Source: Candidatus Poribacteria bacterium (GTDB taxonomy: Bacteria; Poribacteria; WGA-4E; PCPOR2b). Taken from it: 64,000 bases of DNA. Positions within the stretch are counted from its first letter, which is position 1, and every line of letters begins with the position of its first letter. The DNA lies in NCBI GenBank assembly GCA_965218095.1, contig OZ244587.1, positions 2,176,001 through 2,240,000 on the forward strand, given 5' to 3'. Positions 30,781 through 41,458 of the stretch are shown here, piece after piece. The position numbers and the translations under genes are program-made. Under the pieces are notes generated by a model. The model worked only from the letters and a program-made list of their open reading frames with translations. It was not told where the DNA came from and ran no database searches.

Positions 30781-31156
30781 TACTAAAGTTTGGACAATTC
30801 TTGATAAAATGGAATCTTGTTGGGACGGGATTGTGCCGCCGAATCTAAAGTGTCTAAAATGTTCTAAAGTGTTCTAAAGTGTTCTAAAGTTGAAAAACAA
30901 GATGCACTTTCTCCCTATCTTCTCTGGTCTGAATCGCCGATTTTTACCGGAAGGTTCAATCGGTTCTGAATCCGCGTCGTGTGTTTAATCCGTGGTTCAG
31001 ACAACAATTATGTCCCCCCTCATTTATTTTCGGGGATAAATCAGAAAGTGGAAAAGGGAGAAAGTGAGATTTAATCTTCTTCTCACTTTCCCATTTGTGG
31101 ATTGACTCACTTTAGACACTTTAATACACTTTAGCGCACTTGTCCAAACTTTAGTA
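30781..31156. mobile_element. 376-nt non-autonomous element (MITE) between arc and dop
   Basis: Perfect 17-nt TIR TACTAAAGTTTGGACAA / TTGTCCAAACTTTAGTA; internal TCTAAAGTG arrays in opposite orientations near the two ends. Confidence 0.8.
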
Positions 31157-31171
31157 ATATTTAAAAGATTT

Positions 31172-32698
31172 ATGCAAAGACTTTTTGGAATTGAAACTGA
31201 ATACGGGATTACGCTGGAGGCAGAGGAGAATGTCGATCCCGTCAACCAATCCGTCGAGTTGATTAAGAGTTATCGGCAGGACGATTTCCGACCGATGTGG
31301 GATTATAGTGGCGAAGATCCGTTCCGAGATGAACGTGGCTTCCGTGCAAAGACTCTGCAGGAACACCCCGACGAGAAGAAATATCAGGAAGCAGACCGCC
31401 AGCGAAATCTTTCCTTCGTTGAAATCAAAAGCGATCTTATCCTGGTGAACGGTGCCCGCTTATACAACGACCATGCGCACCCAGAATACTCCACCCCAGA
31501 ATGTCAAAGTCTTTTCCAATTGGTCGCTCATGATAAAGCGGGTGAGCGGATACTCCAGCAGTGTTCCATCAGGCGAAGCGAAAAATCAGGCAAGCGTGTA
31601 CTCCTGTACAAGAACAACACGGACTTTCATGGGCATAGTTACGGTTGTCATGACAACTACCTGATGCGGCGGGATATTCCCTTTGACTACCTCAAAGAGA
31701 GTATCATGCCGTTTTTCGTGACACGACAGATTTTTGCAGGTGCGGGAAAGGTGGGCATCGAAACAGAATCGGGACTTAGCTCTGCTGGTTTCTTCCAGCT
31801 TGCGCAGCGCTCTGATTTTTTCCATGTCGAAGTCAGCGTTGATACAATGCACAACCGCCCGATTGTGAATACACGGGATGAACCTCACGCCAATCCGGCG
31901 AAATATCGCCGCTTGCATGGCATCGTTGGTGACGCCAATATGTCAGAGTATGCGACGGCGCTCAAAGTCGGCACAACCGCGCTCGTCATCGATCTCATTG
32001 AGCAGAAACACATCCCGGTGGATCGCTTTGCCTTGCGCGATCCCCTCCACACGATCAAAGAAATCTCTCGTGATCAGACCTACAAGTGGCAGTTCAGGCT
32101 AGCCGATGGCGCCAGAATCTCTGCGATCGATTTGCAGCGAAAATATCTCGCGTTAGCCCAAGAGTACCTGAGCGCACAAAGCGACGATACCGATTGGGTG
32201 CTCCTCGAATGGGAGTCCATCCTTGATGAACTCGAAAAGGATCCGATGAATCTCACGGATCGATTGGATTGGGTCGCCAAGAAGTGGCTGCTCGAAGAAT
32301 TCATTAAGGAGGAAGGACTCACCTGGGATGATCCGTGGCTTCAGAGCCTCGATCTCGAATATCACAACATCAATCAGGAGGTGGGATTATATTATGGGCT
32401 TGAAGCGCAGGGACTGATGCGCCGGCTCGTCACCGATCAGCAAATCGACTATGCCATCCACAATCCGCCCGCTGATACTCGCGCGTACTTTCGCGGTAAA
32501 TCACTGGACAAATTCCGTCCTCAGGTTAAATCGGTCCAGTGGGATAATATCACATTTGATGTAAAAGGAAGAAGTCCCGTTTCGGTTAGTATGAATCAAC
32601 TCGCAGATGCGAAAATTGCAGAAAAATACAATCGCATCCTCGATCAGTCCCAGACGGTTGAGGCGTTGGTTGAAGGTTTGGGGCTTAGGAATGGATAG
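31172..32698 (+). CDS. dop: Dop/PafA2-family deamidase-depupylase
   Basis: GIETEYGI, ARLYNDHAHPEYSTPEC, KNNTD..GHSYGCHDNY, NTRDEPHA, RLHGIVGDAN. Confidence 0.88.
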   Translation: MQRLFGIETEYGITLEAEENVDPVNQSVELIKSYRQDDFRPMWDYSGEDPFRDERGFRAKTLQEHPDEKKYQEADRQRNLSFVEIKSDLILVNGARLYNDHAHPEYSTPECQSLFQLVAHDKAGERILQQCSIRRSEKSGKRVLLYKNNTDFHGHSYGCHDNYLMRRDIPFDYLKESIMPFFVTRQIFAGAGKVGIETESGLSSAGFFQLAQRSDFFHVEVSVDTMHNRPIVNTRDEPHANPAKYRRLHGIVGDANMSEYATALKVGTTALVIDLIEQKHIPVDRFALRDPLHTIKEISRDQTYKWQFRLADGARISAIDLQRKYLALAQEYLSAQSDDTDWVLLEWESILDELEKDPMNLTDRLDWVAKKWLLEEFIKEEGLTWDDPWLQSLDLEYHNINQEVGLYYGLEAQGLMRRLVTDQQIDYAIHNPPADTRAYFRGKSLDKFRPQVKSVQWDNITFDVKGRSPVSVSMNQLADAKIAEKYNRILDQSQTVEALVEGLGLRNG

Positions 32699-32700
32699 AG

Positions 32701-32979
32701 GTGAGCCTTAGGATGGAGGTGAGCCTTATGAGAACGAGACTAAAATTTTCCTCAAAGGCTAAAGCGGTTACAGATCGATTAGCTCGCTCTAAAGATTCAG
32801 AAAAAGCTGGCTCTATCGCTGCAGTTGACCCACAAACCGGAGAGATTTGTTACGGCAAAACCGTCGCAGAAGCTGCAAAGGAAGGAAACTCAAAAACGAC
32901 ATATTCCTCGCGCGGCGTCGTGTATGTTAGGAACAATAAGGTTAACAAAGATAATGTCTTCGTTGCTATCACGCAGTAA
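32701..32979 (+). other. Small chimeric or remnant ORF (DUF5678-like segment)
   Basis: AAVDPQTGEICYGKTVAEAAKEG segment; duplicated GAGGTGAGCCTTA at the start. Confidence 0.35.
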
Positions 32980-33037
32980 GGTGATAGAAGAATCTCACAC
33001 TTTGAGTGAGCAAATTCCTTTACAGGAGGTCATTACC

Positions 33038-33235
33038 ATGACAGCACAGCATTTGATTTATCTCCGGGATCGCATTCAGAGACCTGTGAAACCGGTTGAG
33101 CCCGGTGGTGGTGGGGACGATGATGGCCCCAAGCGCCCAGATGTTACGAGACCCGATACGAGAAATCTGGTTCGGCGGATGAGGCGCGTTGATAAAGACC
33201 AATCCAGGCGTTATCGCCAACGAACAGGTGAATAG
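33038..33235 (+). CDS. ubact: UBact, prokaryotic ubiquitin-like modifier (Pup analogue), 65 aa
   Basis: RBS CAGGAGGT then ATG 33038; disordered G/D/P-rich body; C-terminus RYRQRTGE matches the UBact R[ST]G[EQ] signature; located between dop and prcB. Confidence 0.9.
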   Translation: MTAQHLIYLRDRIQRPVKPVEPGGGGDDDGPKRPDVTRPDTRNLVRRMRRVDKDQSRRYRQRTGE

Positions 33236-33238
33236 CCA

Positions 33239-34048
33239 ATGACAAATCACAAGGGGAATTTCCTCGACCTCTTGAAGGTGCGCGATTATCAGATCCAATT
33301 CAATTTACCCGCGACGCCTGCAAATGAGACTTCGTCTCATATCCAGACAACAGAAGGAACAACTGTCGTCGCTGTACGTTATAAGGACGGCGTCATCATT
33401 GGCGGTGACCGGCGGGCGACGGCGGGAAATGTTGTCATGTACGACCGTGCCGAGAAACTGCTGCAGATCGACGAATACTCTGTCCTAGCGATCGCCGGGT
33501 CTCCTGCAATCGCTTATGAAATGGCGCGGGTGCTTGAACATTCGTTCCAATATTTTCGGCGGAGCCAACTTCAGGAATTGAGCCTCGAAGGTAAACTGCG
33601 CACGCTCTCTCGCCTCATCCGAGAAAACCTACCCATGGCATTGCAAGGCATCGGCGGCGTTATCCCAATCTTCGCCGTCTACGATCTACAGGATGGGGAA
33701 GAAGATAGCGGCAAGATCTTCTTTTACGATGCGATGGGTGCCCATTTTGAGAGTGCCGACTTTGCAACGTCCGGATCTGGCTCTGTGTGGATTCGTGGGG
33801 TGTTGTATTATCAGAATTGTTGGGGAGAAACGCAACTTGCCAATATGGATAGGCAGGAAGCAACCATTACCGTCTTGCGGTTGTTCGATGCAGCTTCGGA
33901 GTACGACACGGCGACAAGTGGCTATAACCCGAAATCAAACATTTTTCCAACCGTTAAAACAATTACGAAAGACGGAATTCAGGACCTCTCTGCCGAAGGG
34001 CTCGGGGAGATTTACGCTGAGTTTGTAGAGACAACCTATGCTAGATGA
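33239..34048 (+). CDS. prcB: 20S proteasome beta subunit
   Basis: Propeptide followed by G|TTVVAV, GDRRATAGN, LSLEGK, GSGS. Confidence 0.92.
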   Translation: MTNHKGNFLDLLKVRDYQIQFNLPATPANETSSHIQTTEGTTVVAVRYKDGVIIGGDRRATAGNVVMYDRAEKLLQIDEYSVLAIAGSPAIAYEMARVLEHSFQYFRRSQLQELSLEGKLRTLSRLIRENLPMALQGIGGVIPIFAVYDLQDGEEDSGKIFFYDAMGAHFESADFATSGSGSVWIRGVLYYQNCWGETQLANMDRQEATITVLRLFDAASEYDTATSGYNPKSNIFPTVKTITKDGIQDLSAEGLGEIYAEFVETTYAR

Positions 34049-34832
34049 ACCTTATCGATGGCTCGAAGCTATCAGTAATCGGCGTGACTACATTGAGGAT
34101 CAACTACGCGGAGGTAGTCCCGTCGTTGGACTGAAATATGATGATGGGCTGTTGCTTGTGACAATTGGACGCGGACAGCGTAAGATTTTTGAAGTGCATA
34201 ATCGAATTGCGCTCTCCGCCATTGGGCATACCGCCGACGTTGAACGGCTGCGTATGGTGGCGACTGACACAGCGTCCGTACAGGGTTTTCAGAGTTCGGT
34301 CGATGATGTGACCCTTCACCGCTTGACAAACTTTGTCCTTGGGCCCATTATCAAACAAGCTTTTGAAGCAATTTTCGGTTCGGCGTACATCATCAAAATG
34401 TTGTTGGCTGAACTTGGTGCGCGCGGTCAAGAAGACCAATTTATCTCCCTAAACTACGATGGCACAATCAAAGCGAATCATCGCGCTGAAGTTATCGGCG
34501 GGACCGATGAAGCCGAGACGGTGATGCAGAACTATTTGGCCGCTGCCGACGCCCCTGCCCTCTCGCTTGCTGCTGCCTTACGGTTGACTTTGGAAACCTG
34601 GGCAGTTGGTTGGGAGTTGAGTTTACAGTCAGCGGATGCCGATTCAAATGAAGTAGAAAATGAGAACTTAGAATTGACGATAAATAGAGAGCGGCTGCAC
34701 GAAGTCCTTCGAGATGAACTGAAGGCGGGAGAGGTTGAAGCGGGAATATTGCAGGTTTCTCGTCAAAGCAACAGCAAGTTCCGCTTTCTCACTTCAGAAG
34801 AGATCCGCGCAGCAACCGCGGACTGGCTCTAA
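34038..34832 (+). CDS. prcA: 20S proteasome alpha subunit
   Basis: RRDYIEDQLRGGSPVVG, RKIFEVHNRIA; follows prcB. Confidence 0.88.
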   Translation: MLDEPYRWLEAISNRRDYIEDQLRGGSPVVGLKYDDGLLLVTIGRGQRKIFEVHNRIALSAIGHTADVERLRMVATDTASVQGFQSSVDDVTLHRLTNFVLGPIIKQAFEAIFGSAYIIKMLLAELGARGQEDQFISLNYDGTIKANHRAEVIGGTDEAETVMQNYLAAADAPALSLAAALRLTLETWAVGWELSLQSADADSNEVENENLELTINRERLHEVLRDELKAGEVEAGILQVSRQSNSKFRFLTSEEIRAATADWL

Positions 34833-34873
34833 TTAATAACCAAGACCTCACACCTGAATACTTGAGGAAAACG

Positions 34874-36334
34874 GTGAGCAGACGTATTTTTGGAATTGAA
34901 ACCGAATTTGGATGTATGACAGAGACGGATGGTTCTTTGGGCTCCTCTGAAGGTACCGCTGCCCTCGTGAGGGATTATATTTTTCACGAACTGAGGCTCG
35001 GGATGTCTGATATGCACTACCGTGATTGGGGTGAACCGCCGGGCAATGGAGGATTCCTGTTCAACGGTGGACGCCTCTATATCGATATGGGACATCTGGA
35101 GTATGCAACCCCCGAGTGCGTGAGGCTCTTCGATCTGATCGCCTATGACAAAGCCATCGATCAACTGATTATCACAATTCTTAACGACGTCGGTTTGAGC
35201 GAGGATATCTCCTTTTTCAAAAACAACATCGATCACTTCACAGGAGCCACTTTTGGCTGCCATGAAAACTATCAACTGCGACGGGACATTCCCTTCTACA
35301 AAGTCGTTATTCCCACGCTGATACCGTTCTTTGTCACCCGGCAGATTTACGCGGGAGCCGGTCGCGTTGGTGGGCATGAAGAGATTCTAGAATTCGGGGA
35401 TTCCCATCATCGGCAGGATGACTTCGTCGGCTTCCAAATCTCTCAGCGCGCTGACCATATCGTCACGGAAATCTACGAGTGGATACAGTTCAGTCGGGCA
35501 ATTATTAACACGCGGGATGAACCACTCGGCGACTATACCAAATACCGACGCCTTCATCTGCTTGTCGGCGATTCAAACATGTCCGAATTTGCAACCGCTT
35601 TGAAGGTTGGGACAACCTCTCTGGTGTTAGATCTCCTTGAGGCGGGGCATCGCCCCCGTGACTTAAGCTTGAGCAATCCGGTTCAAGCCATCAAAGATAT
35701 CTCGCGAGATCAGACCTTTCAGTGGATTGTCGAGCGTGAGTCCGGCGCAACAATCTTGGCAATAGACCTGCAACGCGAATACCTTAACCTCGCGCAGAAA
35801 ATCCTGAAAGGACGGGATGAAGATACGGATTGGGTCCTAACCGAGTGGGAATCGGTGTTAGATGATTTGGAAACAGAACCGGAACGTTTAACCGATCGCG
35901 TTGATTGGGCAGCGAAAAAATGGCTGCTTGAGACTTTCATGGAAGAGGAGGGGCTGGACTGGGATGACCCGTGGCTCGAAAGTCTCGACCTTGAATATCA
36001 CCACCTCAACCAACAAAAGGGCTTGTATTACGAACTGGAAAATCAAGGGCATGTGAGACGGGTCACAACGGATGAACGGATTGAAACAGCCATCCACAAT
36101 GCCCCCGGAAATACAAGGGCAAAAGCCCGGTCATACGTGATGCGTTATCTGTTTCAAAACCGCTTGCCGTGTATCATTGATTGGAATCAGATCTATTTCA
36201 CGCATGAAGAGCCCTTTGACATGAAAGATCCCTTTGAGACATACGATGCCGAAGTGGAAATACTGCTGAAGCGGTTAAGCCAGCAGCCGTGCCCGGTTTC
36301 AAGGCAGAAGCGCATCCGGTTAAGGCGAGAATGA
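34874..36334 (+). CDS. pafA: PafA-family modifier-protein ligase
   Basis: RRIFGIETEFG, FLFNGGRLYIDMGHLEYATPEC, GCHENY, RAIINTRDEP, RLHLLVGDSNMSE. Confidence 0.88.
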   Translation: MSRRIFGIETEFGCMTETDGSLGSSEGTAALVRDYIFHELRLGMSDMHYRDWGEPPGNGGFLFNGGRLYIDMGHLEYATPECVRLFDLIAYDKAIDQLIITILNDVGLSEDISFFKNNIDHFTGATFGCHENYQLRRDIPFYKVVIPTLIPFFVTRQIYAGAGRVGGHEEILEFGDSHHRQDDFVGFQISQRADHIVTEIYEWIQFSRAIINTRDEPLGDYTKYRRLHLLVGDSNMSEFATALKVGTTSLVLDLLEAGHRPRDLSLSNPVQAIKDISRDQTFQWIVERESGATILAIDLQREYLNLAQKILKGRDEDTDWVLTEWESVLDDLETEPERLTDRVDWAAKKWLLETFMEEEGLDWDDPWLESLDLEYHHLNQQKGLYYELENQGHVRRVTTDERIETAIHNAPGNTRAKARSYVMRYLFQNRLPCIIDWNQIYFTHEEPFDMKDPFETYDAEVEILLKRLSQQPCPVSRQKRIRLRRE

Positions 36335-36489
36335 CAGTGTTTCGCAGGCTTAACCCGGCGTTTGCAATGTTGGCTAGCGTTAGTGCAATTTCTCGATTCT
36401 TATGGAGTACAGACCGCTTGCGTACTATTTTTCGGGGAAAACTTGGGGTGTGATCAAGAATATTCTTAAAATCAATAGCAGAGGTGTTG

Positions 36490-39400
36490 ATGTCAGGTTA
36501 CTATCAATTTCCAACAATTTGTGGCGATACGATTGTGTTTGTGTGCGAAGACGATTTGTGGACGGTCCCGGTCGGCGGTGGCATTGCGTGGCGGCTCACG
36601 TCGAATCTCGGCACCGTCAGCACGCCACGCTTATCGCCTGATGGATTGTTGCTCGTGTTTATGGGGCATGAGGAGGGACCGCGGGAGGTTTACACGATGC
36701 CCGCGCTCGGTGGCGAGGCGAAGCGATTGACGTATCAAGGGAGTTTTGCCGAAGTCGTCGACTGGAATCGAGATGAAACGGAGGTGCTCTATTCGAGTGA
36801 CGCAGGTTCGGCGTTTGATTCATGGCTGTGGTGCGTCTCCGCGGAAGGCGGTGAACCGCAACGGTTCCCGTATGGACCGGCGAACCACATCGCGTTCGGC
36901 GATTTAGGTGGCGTCGTTATCGGTCGTTTGACGCGAGACCCGGCGCGGTGGAAACGGTATCGCGGTGGCACGGCAGGTCAACTCTGGATTGACCGTGATG
37001 GTAACAGCGAATTTCAGCCACTCGTCCCCGCCGACGGCAATTTCACAACCCCGATGTGGATTGGCGACCGGGGCTATTTCATCTCCGACCACGAGAGCGT
37101 CGGTAATATCTACTCCTGCCTCCCATCCGGCGAGGACTTGCAACGCCACACACACCAAGACGCCTACTACTCCCGTTCGGCACAGACCGATGGCCGGCAC
37201 ATCGTCTACCACGCCGGTGCCGACCTTTACGTTTATGATATCGACAACGACGCGAACCGTCACGTCGAAGTTGAGTTCTGAAGCCCGCGAATCCAGCGAC
37301 AACGTAAGTTCGTGGAGTCATCACGTTATTTGCAAGCGTATGCCCCGCACCCCAATGGCCACGCCCTTGCGCTAACGGTACGCGGCAAATCGTTTACAAT
37401 GGCGAATTGGGAAGAGGCTGTCCTTCAACACGGTGTGTGTGATGGCGTGCGCTATCGTCTAACGCAGTGGCTCAACGACGGGAAGCACCTTGTGACCGTC
37501 TCCGATGCCGACGGCGAGGAGGCAATTGAAATCCACACCCGCGATGGCAGCGCAGACCCTGTCCGCCTCGCCGCACTCGACATCGGTCGCCCGATAGCAC
37601 TTTTAGTCTCACCTAAAAAAGACCAAATCATCGTCCTCAATCACCGCTTTGAACTCCTGTTCATCGATCTGGAGTCACAGAAACTTCGGCAACTTGACAA
37701 GAGTCAACATGACCAGATCCGGAGTGCGGCGTGGTCACCCGATGGACGCTGGATCGCCTACGATTTCCCATCAACAGAGACGACGCGCTCGATTCAGATC
37801 TGCAAGGTTGAGACAGGGGAGACGTGGCTGGTGACACCCCCTGAATTTACTGATGTTGCGCCCGCATGGGACCCCGAAGGGAAGTACCTTTATTTCCTCT
37901 CCTTTCGAGAATTTAATCCCGTTTACGACAGCTTCTATTTCGACCTTGGCTTTCTGCAGGCGATGCGTCTGCTGCTCGTGACGTTGCAAAAAGACCAACT
38001 GAATCCGTTTATTCCCGAACCCCGCCCGTTGAATGACGAGAAAACAGAATTGAAGGAAAATGAGAGCGATAAGGAAGCCGAGAAAACCAAGAAATCGGAG
38101 AAACAGATCGAAATCGATTTTGAAGACATCACGCACCGGGTCGTTGCCTTTCCGTATCCACAGGGAAGTTATAAGCAAATTGCTGGCATCGAAGGCAAAG
38201 CGATTTTCACATCGTTTCCAATGGAACACAGCCTCCGCTCGTCGGGCGATAATGACAATAGGGGACCGAAGGGCACGCTCCACGTCTGCGATTTCAAGGA
38301 GCAGAAGAAGGACACGCTGGTTTCGGGAATTGATGAGTTTGAGTTGTCGCGGGATAATAAAACCCTCGTCTATCGCGCTGGAGACCGCCTCCGCGCCATC
38401 AAAGCGGGCGCGAAGCCGGATGACCAGAATAAATCGGAGGGCGATGGCGGCCCAAACCGTCGGAGTGGCTGGCTCGACCTGAATCGTGTGAAAACTTCCG
38501 TCGTCCCAACCGCGGAGTGGCGTCAGATGTATCAAGAGGCGTGGCGGCTTCAGCGGGATTACTTCTGGACAGCAGATATGTCCGGCGTGAATTGGGAGCA
38601 GGTTTATCAACGTTATCTGCCGTTGCTTGAACGGATTGCGACCCGGGCGGAGTTTTCTGACCTCATGTGGGAGATGCAGGGCGAACTTGGGACATCGCAC
38701 GCCTACGAATCTGGGGGAGATTATCGGGCATCGCCAAACTACGCGCAAGGTTTTCTGGGCGCAGATTTCGCCTACGATGCGAAAAGCGATGGCTACCGTA
38801 TCACACATATCGTTCACGGCGACGCTTGGGAGGAGATGAGCAATTCGCCCCTCAACGAGCCGGGGCTAAACATCCACGAGGGGGGACATTCTCCTTGCAA
38901 TTGGTGGGCATCGCGTTGGTCGAGCAACCTCTCCCGGCCAACTGCTGGTCAACCTCTCAGGGCAGGAGGTCCAAGCCACTTTCCAGCGAGCCGAAGATGG
39001 TGAGAAACGCACGGTCACCTTCAAAGTGCTCCGGAGCGAACGGGAGTTGCGCTATCGGGAATGGGTTAGCCAAAATCGTCAGTATGTCTATGAAAAGACG
39101 AGCGGAAAAGTCGGCTACGTCCACATCCCCGACATGATGGGGCGCGGGTACGCCGAGTTTCATCGCGGCTTCCTCGCCGAAGTCAGCTCTCCCGGCTTGC
39201 TCATTGACGTGCGCTACAACAGCGGTGAGCATGTCTCACAACTGATTTTGGAGAAACTCTCTCGCCGGCGCATCGGATATAACGTCCGACGCTGGGGGAC
39301 ACCGTCACCGTATCCCGATGCTTCGGTGCTGGGCCCGATGGTCGCCGTTACGAACGAGAACGCTGGCTCCGATGGCGATATTTTCTCGCACTGTTTCAAA

Positions 39401-39745
39401 CTGATGAAGTTAGGGAAACTCATCGGGAAGCGAACGTGGGGCGGGGTTATCGGTATCTCACCGCATCAGGCATTTGTGGATGGCGGCTTGACGACGCAGC
39501 CCGAACACCCGTACTGGTTCGTTGACGCCGGCTGGTGGGTTGAGAACTACGGCACCGACCCGGACATTGAGGTTGATTACCGCCCACAAGATTACGCCGC
39601 ACCGGGGGACCCACAACTCGACCGGGCGATTGAGGAACTCCTTCAAGAGATGGAGGAAAATCCACCGCAATTGCCCGACTTTGGCGAACGTCCCCGTTTG
39701 ACGTTGCCGACTTTGCCCAAACAAACAGGAAACATGGATGAATGA
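36490..39745 (+). pseudogene. Tricorn protease (S41), disrupted
   Basis: WKRYRGGTAG propeller, GELGTSHAY, PDZ and AGSDGD motifs; in-frame TGA at 37279-37281 and a frameshift at the G6 run 38880-38885. Confidence 0.9.
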
Positions 39746-39995
39746 CGCGAAATGATGTCATCAATTTAATCTGTGAAATCGCTGGCGAAACGGACGCGTT
39801 TGACGTTTTAGAAAGGGCATTAGCTGGGATGACAAAGCCTATCTTTGCCGATGGCTTATTGTAGTGTGACATTATTCCTGAATGCTTTGAACACGATTCT
39901 TCTGAAGAAAAATAGTGGGCGAAATATTGCGATATTCTTTTAGCGCATACATGGACGTATCTAGCGATTCCTTCAGAAGTTTTTAGGGAAAGCCC
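39742..39995 (+). pseudogene. Fragment resembling a HindIII-family type II restriction endonuclease
   Basis: Manual translation MTRNDVINLICE...LL*CDIIPECFEHDSSEEK*WAKYCDILLA, matching a recalled IPE..HDSSEEKL.[AS]KY.D motif; two internal TAG. Confidence 0.6.
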
Positions 39996-40022
39996 CACAA
40001 ACTCTCGACCGATGACTACGTA

Positions 40023-40260
40023 ATGTGCTACGATGTGCAGGTTTCGGGCTTTCCTTCCTCGCACGCTGGACATCTCTCGTTGCTGCGGCTCACTGAGGAC
40101 GACTACAGAGGTGTCGAACGCATTGAGGAGTGGCCCAGTTGGGACCTACTCGTCCTCCAGTGGGCGAAGGAACAGGGCGCGGTGACGGGCTTCAGCCACA
40201 GCGGTTGGGGCTTGAAAGTGCCTGGAGACGAACTCCCCAATTACAATATGCCCCCCTTTG
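40023..40260 (+). pseudogene. Internal fragment of a CehA/McbA-like metallohydrolase
   Basis: YDVQVSGFPSSHAGHL...WPSWDL..LQWAK.QGAVTGFSHSGWGL; truncated by the IS630 remnant. Confidence 0.5.
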
Positions 40261-40540
40261 CTCTTAGGGAAGAGTGCATTTTCTCCTTCTTTGAGATATT
40301 GAGCGTGGATTTTCTTGACCGGGTGATAGCCGGTCATCTGAGCGATAGTCTGTGAAGTGTAGCCGGACTCGGCTCTCAGATAAACCACCTGTATAGGTTT
40401 ATACGCCTTGTTATCTTCTGTTTCTTTTAACAGACGAGCGAATTGTTCGGCGGTTCCATCTGGCAAAGGGGTTTGAGGTCGCATGATTCCCTCACGAAAA
40501 ATAGGATTGAAATTCGAGTGGCAACCCATTGACTAGGGAT
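40255..40540 (-). mobile_element. IS630-family transposase N-terminal (HTH) remnant
   Basis: IQVVYLRAESGYTSQTIAQMTGY...YLKEGENALFPKSKGG in ORF 40146..40529. Confidence 0.6.
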
Positions 40541-40542
40541 TA

Positions 40543-41326
40543 GGTTCTGTTGACATTTCATCGTAACCAGATAATCGCAGCAACGAAACTCAGAAACCCC
40601 AAATAGCGACCCGCCAACTTATCAAAACGACTGAAGATACGCCTATAGTGCTTGATTTTGTTGATGAAGCATTCCACCCGATGTCTCTCTCGGTACAGAT
40701 GCGTATCATAGTCTCGTGACTCACGGCGGTTGATACGGGGACGAATCACTGGCTCTGCACCCATACGGGTTATCAACTGCCCCAATGAATCCGCGTCATA
40801 CGCTGAGTCGGCTATCACATACTCACTGCTATACCCTTCCGCACAAGTCATGGCGTGGCGTTGTCCAGCCGTCAGCGCAAAACGTAATGGATTGCCTAAG
40901 CCATCAACCGTGATGTGAATTTTGGTTGAAAATCCACCCGCATTACGTCTGAGTGCCTGTGAGGCTTGACCGCCACTTGTTTTCAAACCCCCTGCAGCAC
41001 AGGGGTGAGCGCGGCAGATGGTACTGTCACCATATCTGGGTCGTTGACAAAGTGTTGATGCAGCCGTTGGAAGATGCCTTTATCGCACCAGCGAGCGAAT
41101 CGTTTATAGACGCTGTTCCAACTGCCGTACTCTTTTGGTAGGAGTCGCCATTGACTACCACTACAAGTTATCCAAAGCACTGCTTGGACAAAACGTTTTA
41201 AGTTCGCTTGCTGTCTGGTGTAGACATCGGAACAGGTTTGCAGGAATGCTGCTATTTTTGACCATTGATTATCGGATAAGGTAAGTGTTGACATATCGTT
41301 ATTATGCCATAAATGTCAACACGTCC
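40543..41326 (-). mobile_element. IS5-family element (IS427-like, two ORFs: 40983..41294 and 40558..40986), probably defective
   Basis: TIRs GGTTCTGTTGACATTT / AAATGTCAACACGTCC flanked by TA; WRLLPKEYGSWNSVYKRFARW, TKIHITVDGLG, ADSAYD, YRERHRVECFINKIK; internal deletions apparent. Confidence 0.88.
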
Positions 41327-41458
41327 TAGCCATATTATACACCTATTAGTAGCTGGTAGATCTAGAACTGGTATGAGGTTATCAAAGCGATGTCAAAACA
41401 TCGCTTTTTTTATGCCATTGGACCAAAACTCTCAGTTAGGTAGGTACAGAATCCTCAA

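Noticed and set aside
32825-33037. 136-aa long form of the UBact ORF
   Set aside because: A strong RBS precedes ATG 33038; the upstream extension overlaps another remnant ORF
38880-38885. Phase-variable G tract controlling tricorn
   Set aside because: Only six G, and an independent upstream nonsense codon already inactivates the gene
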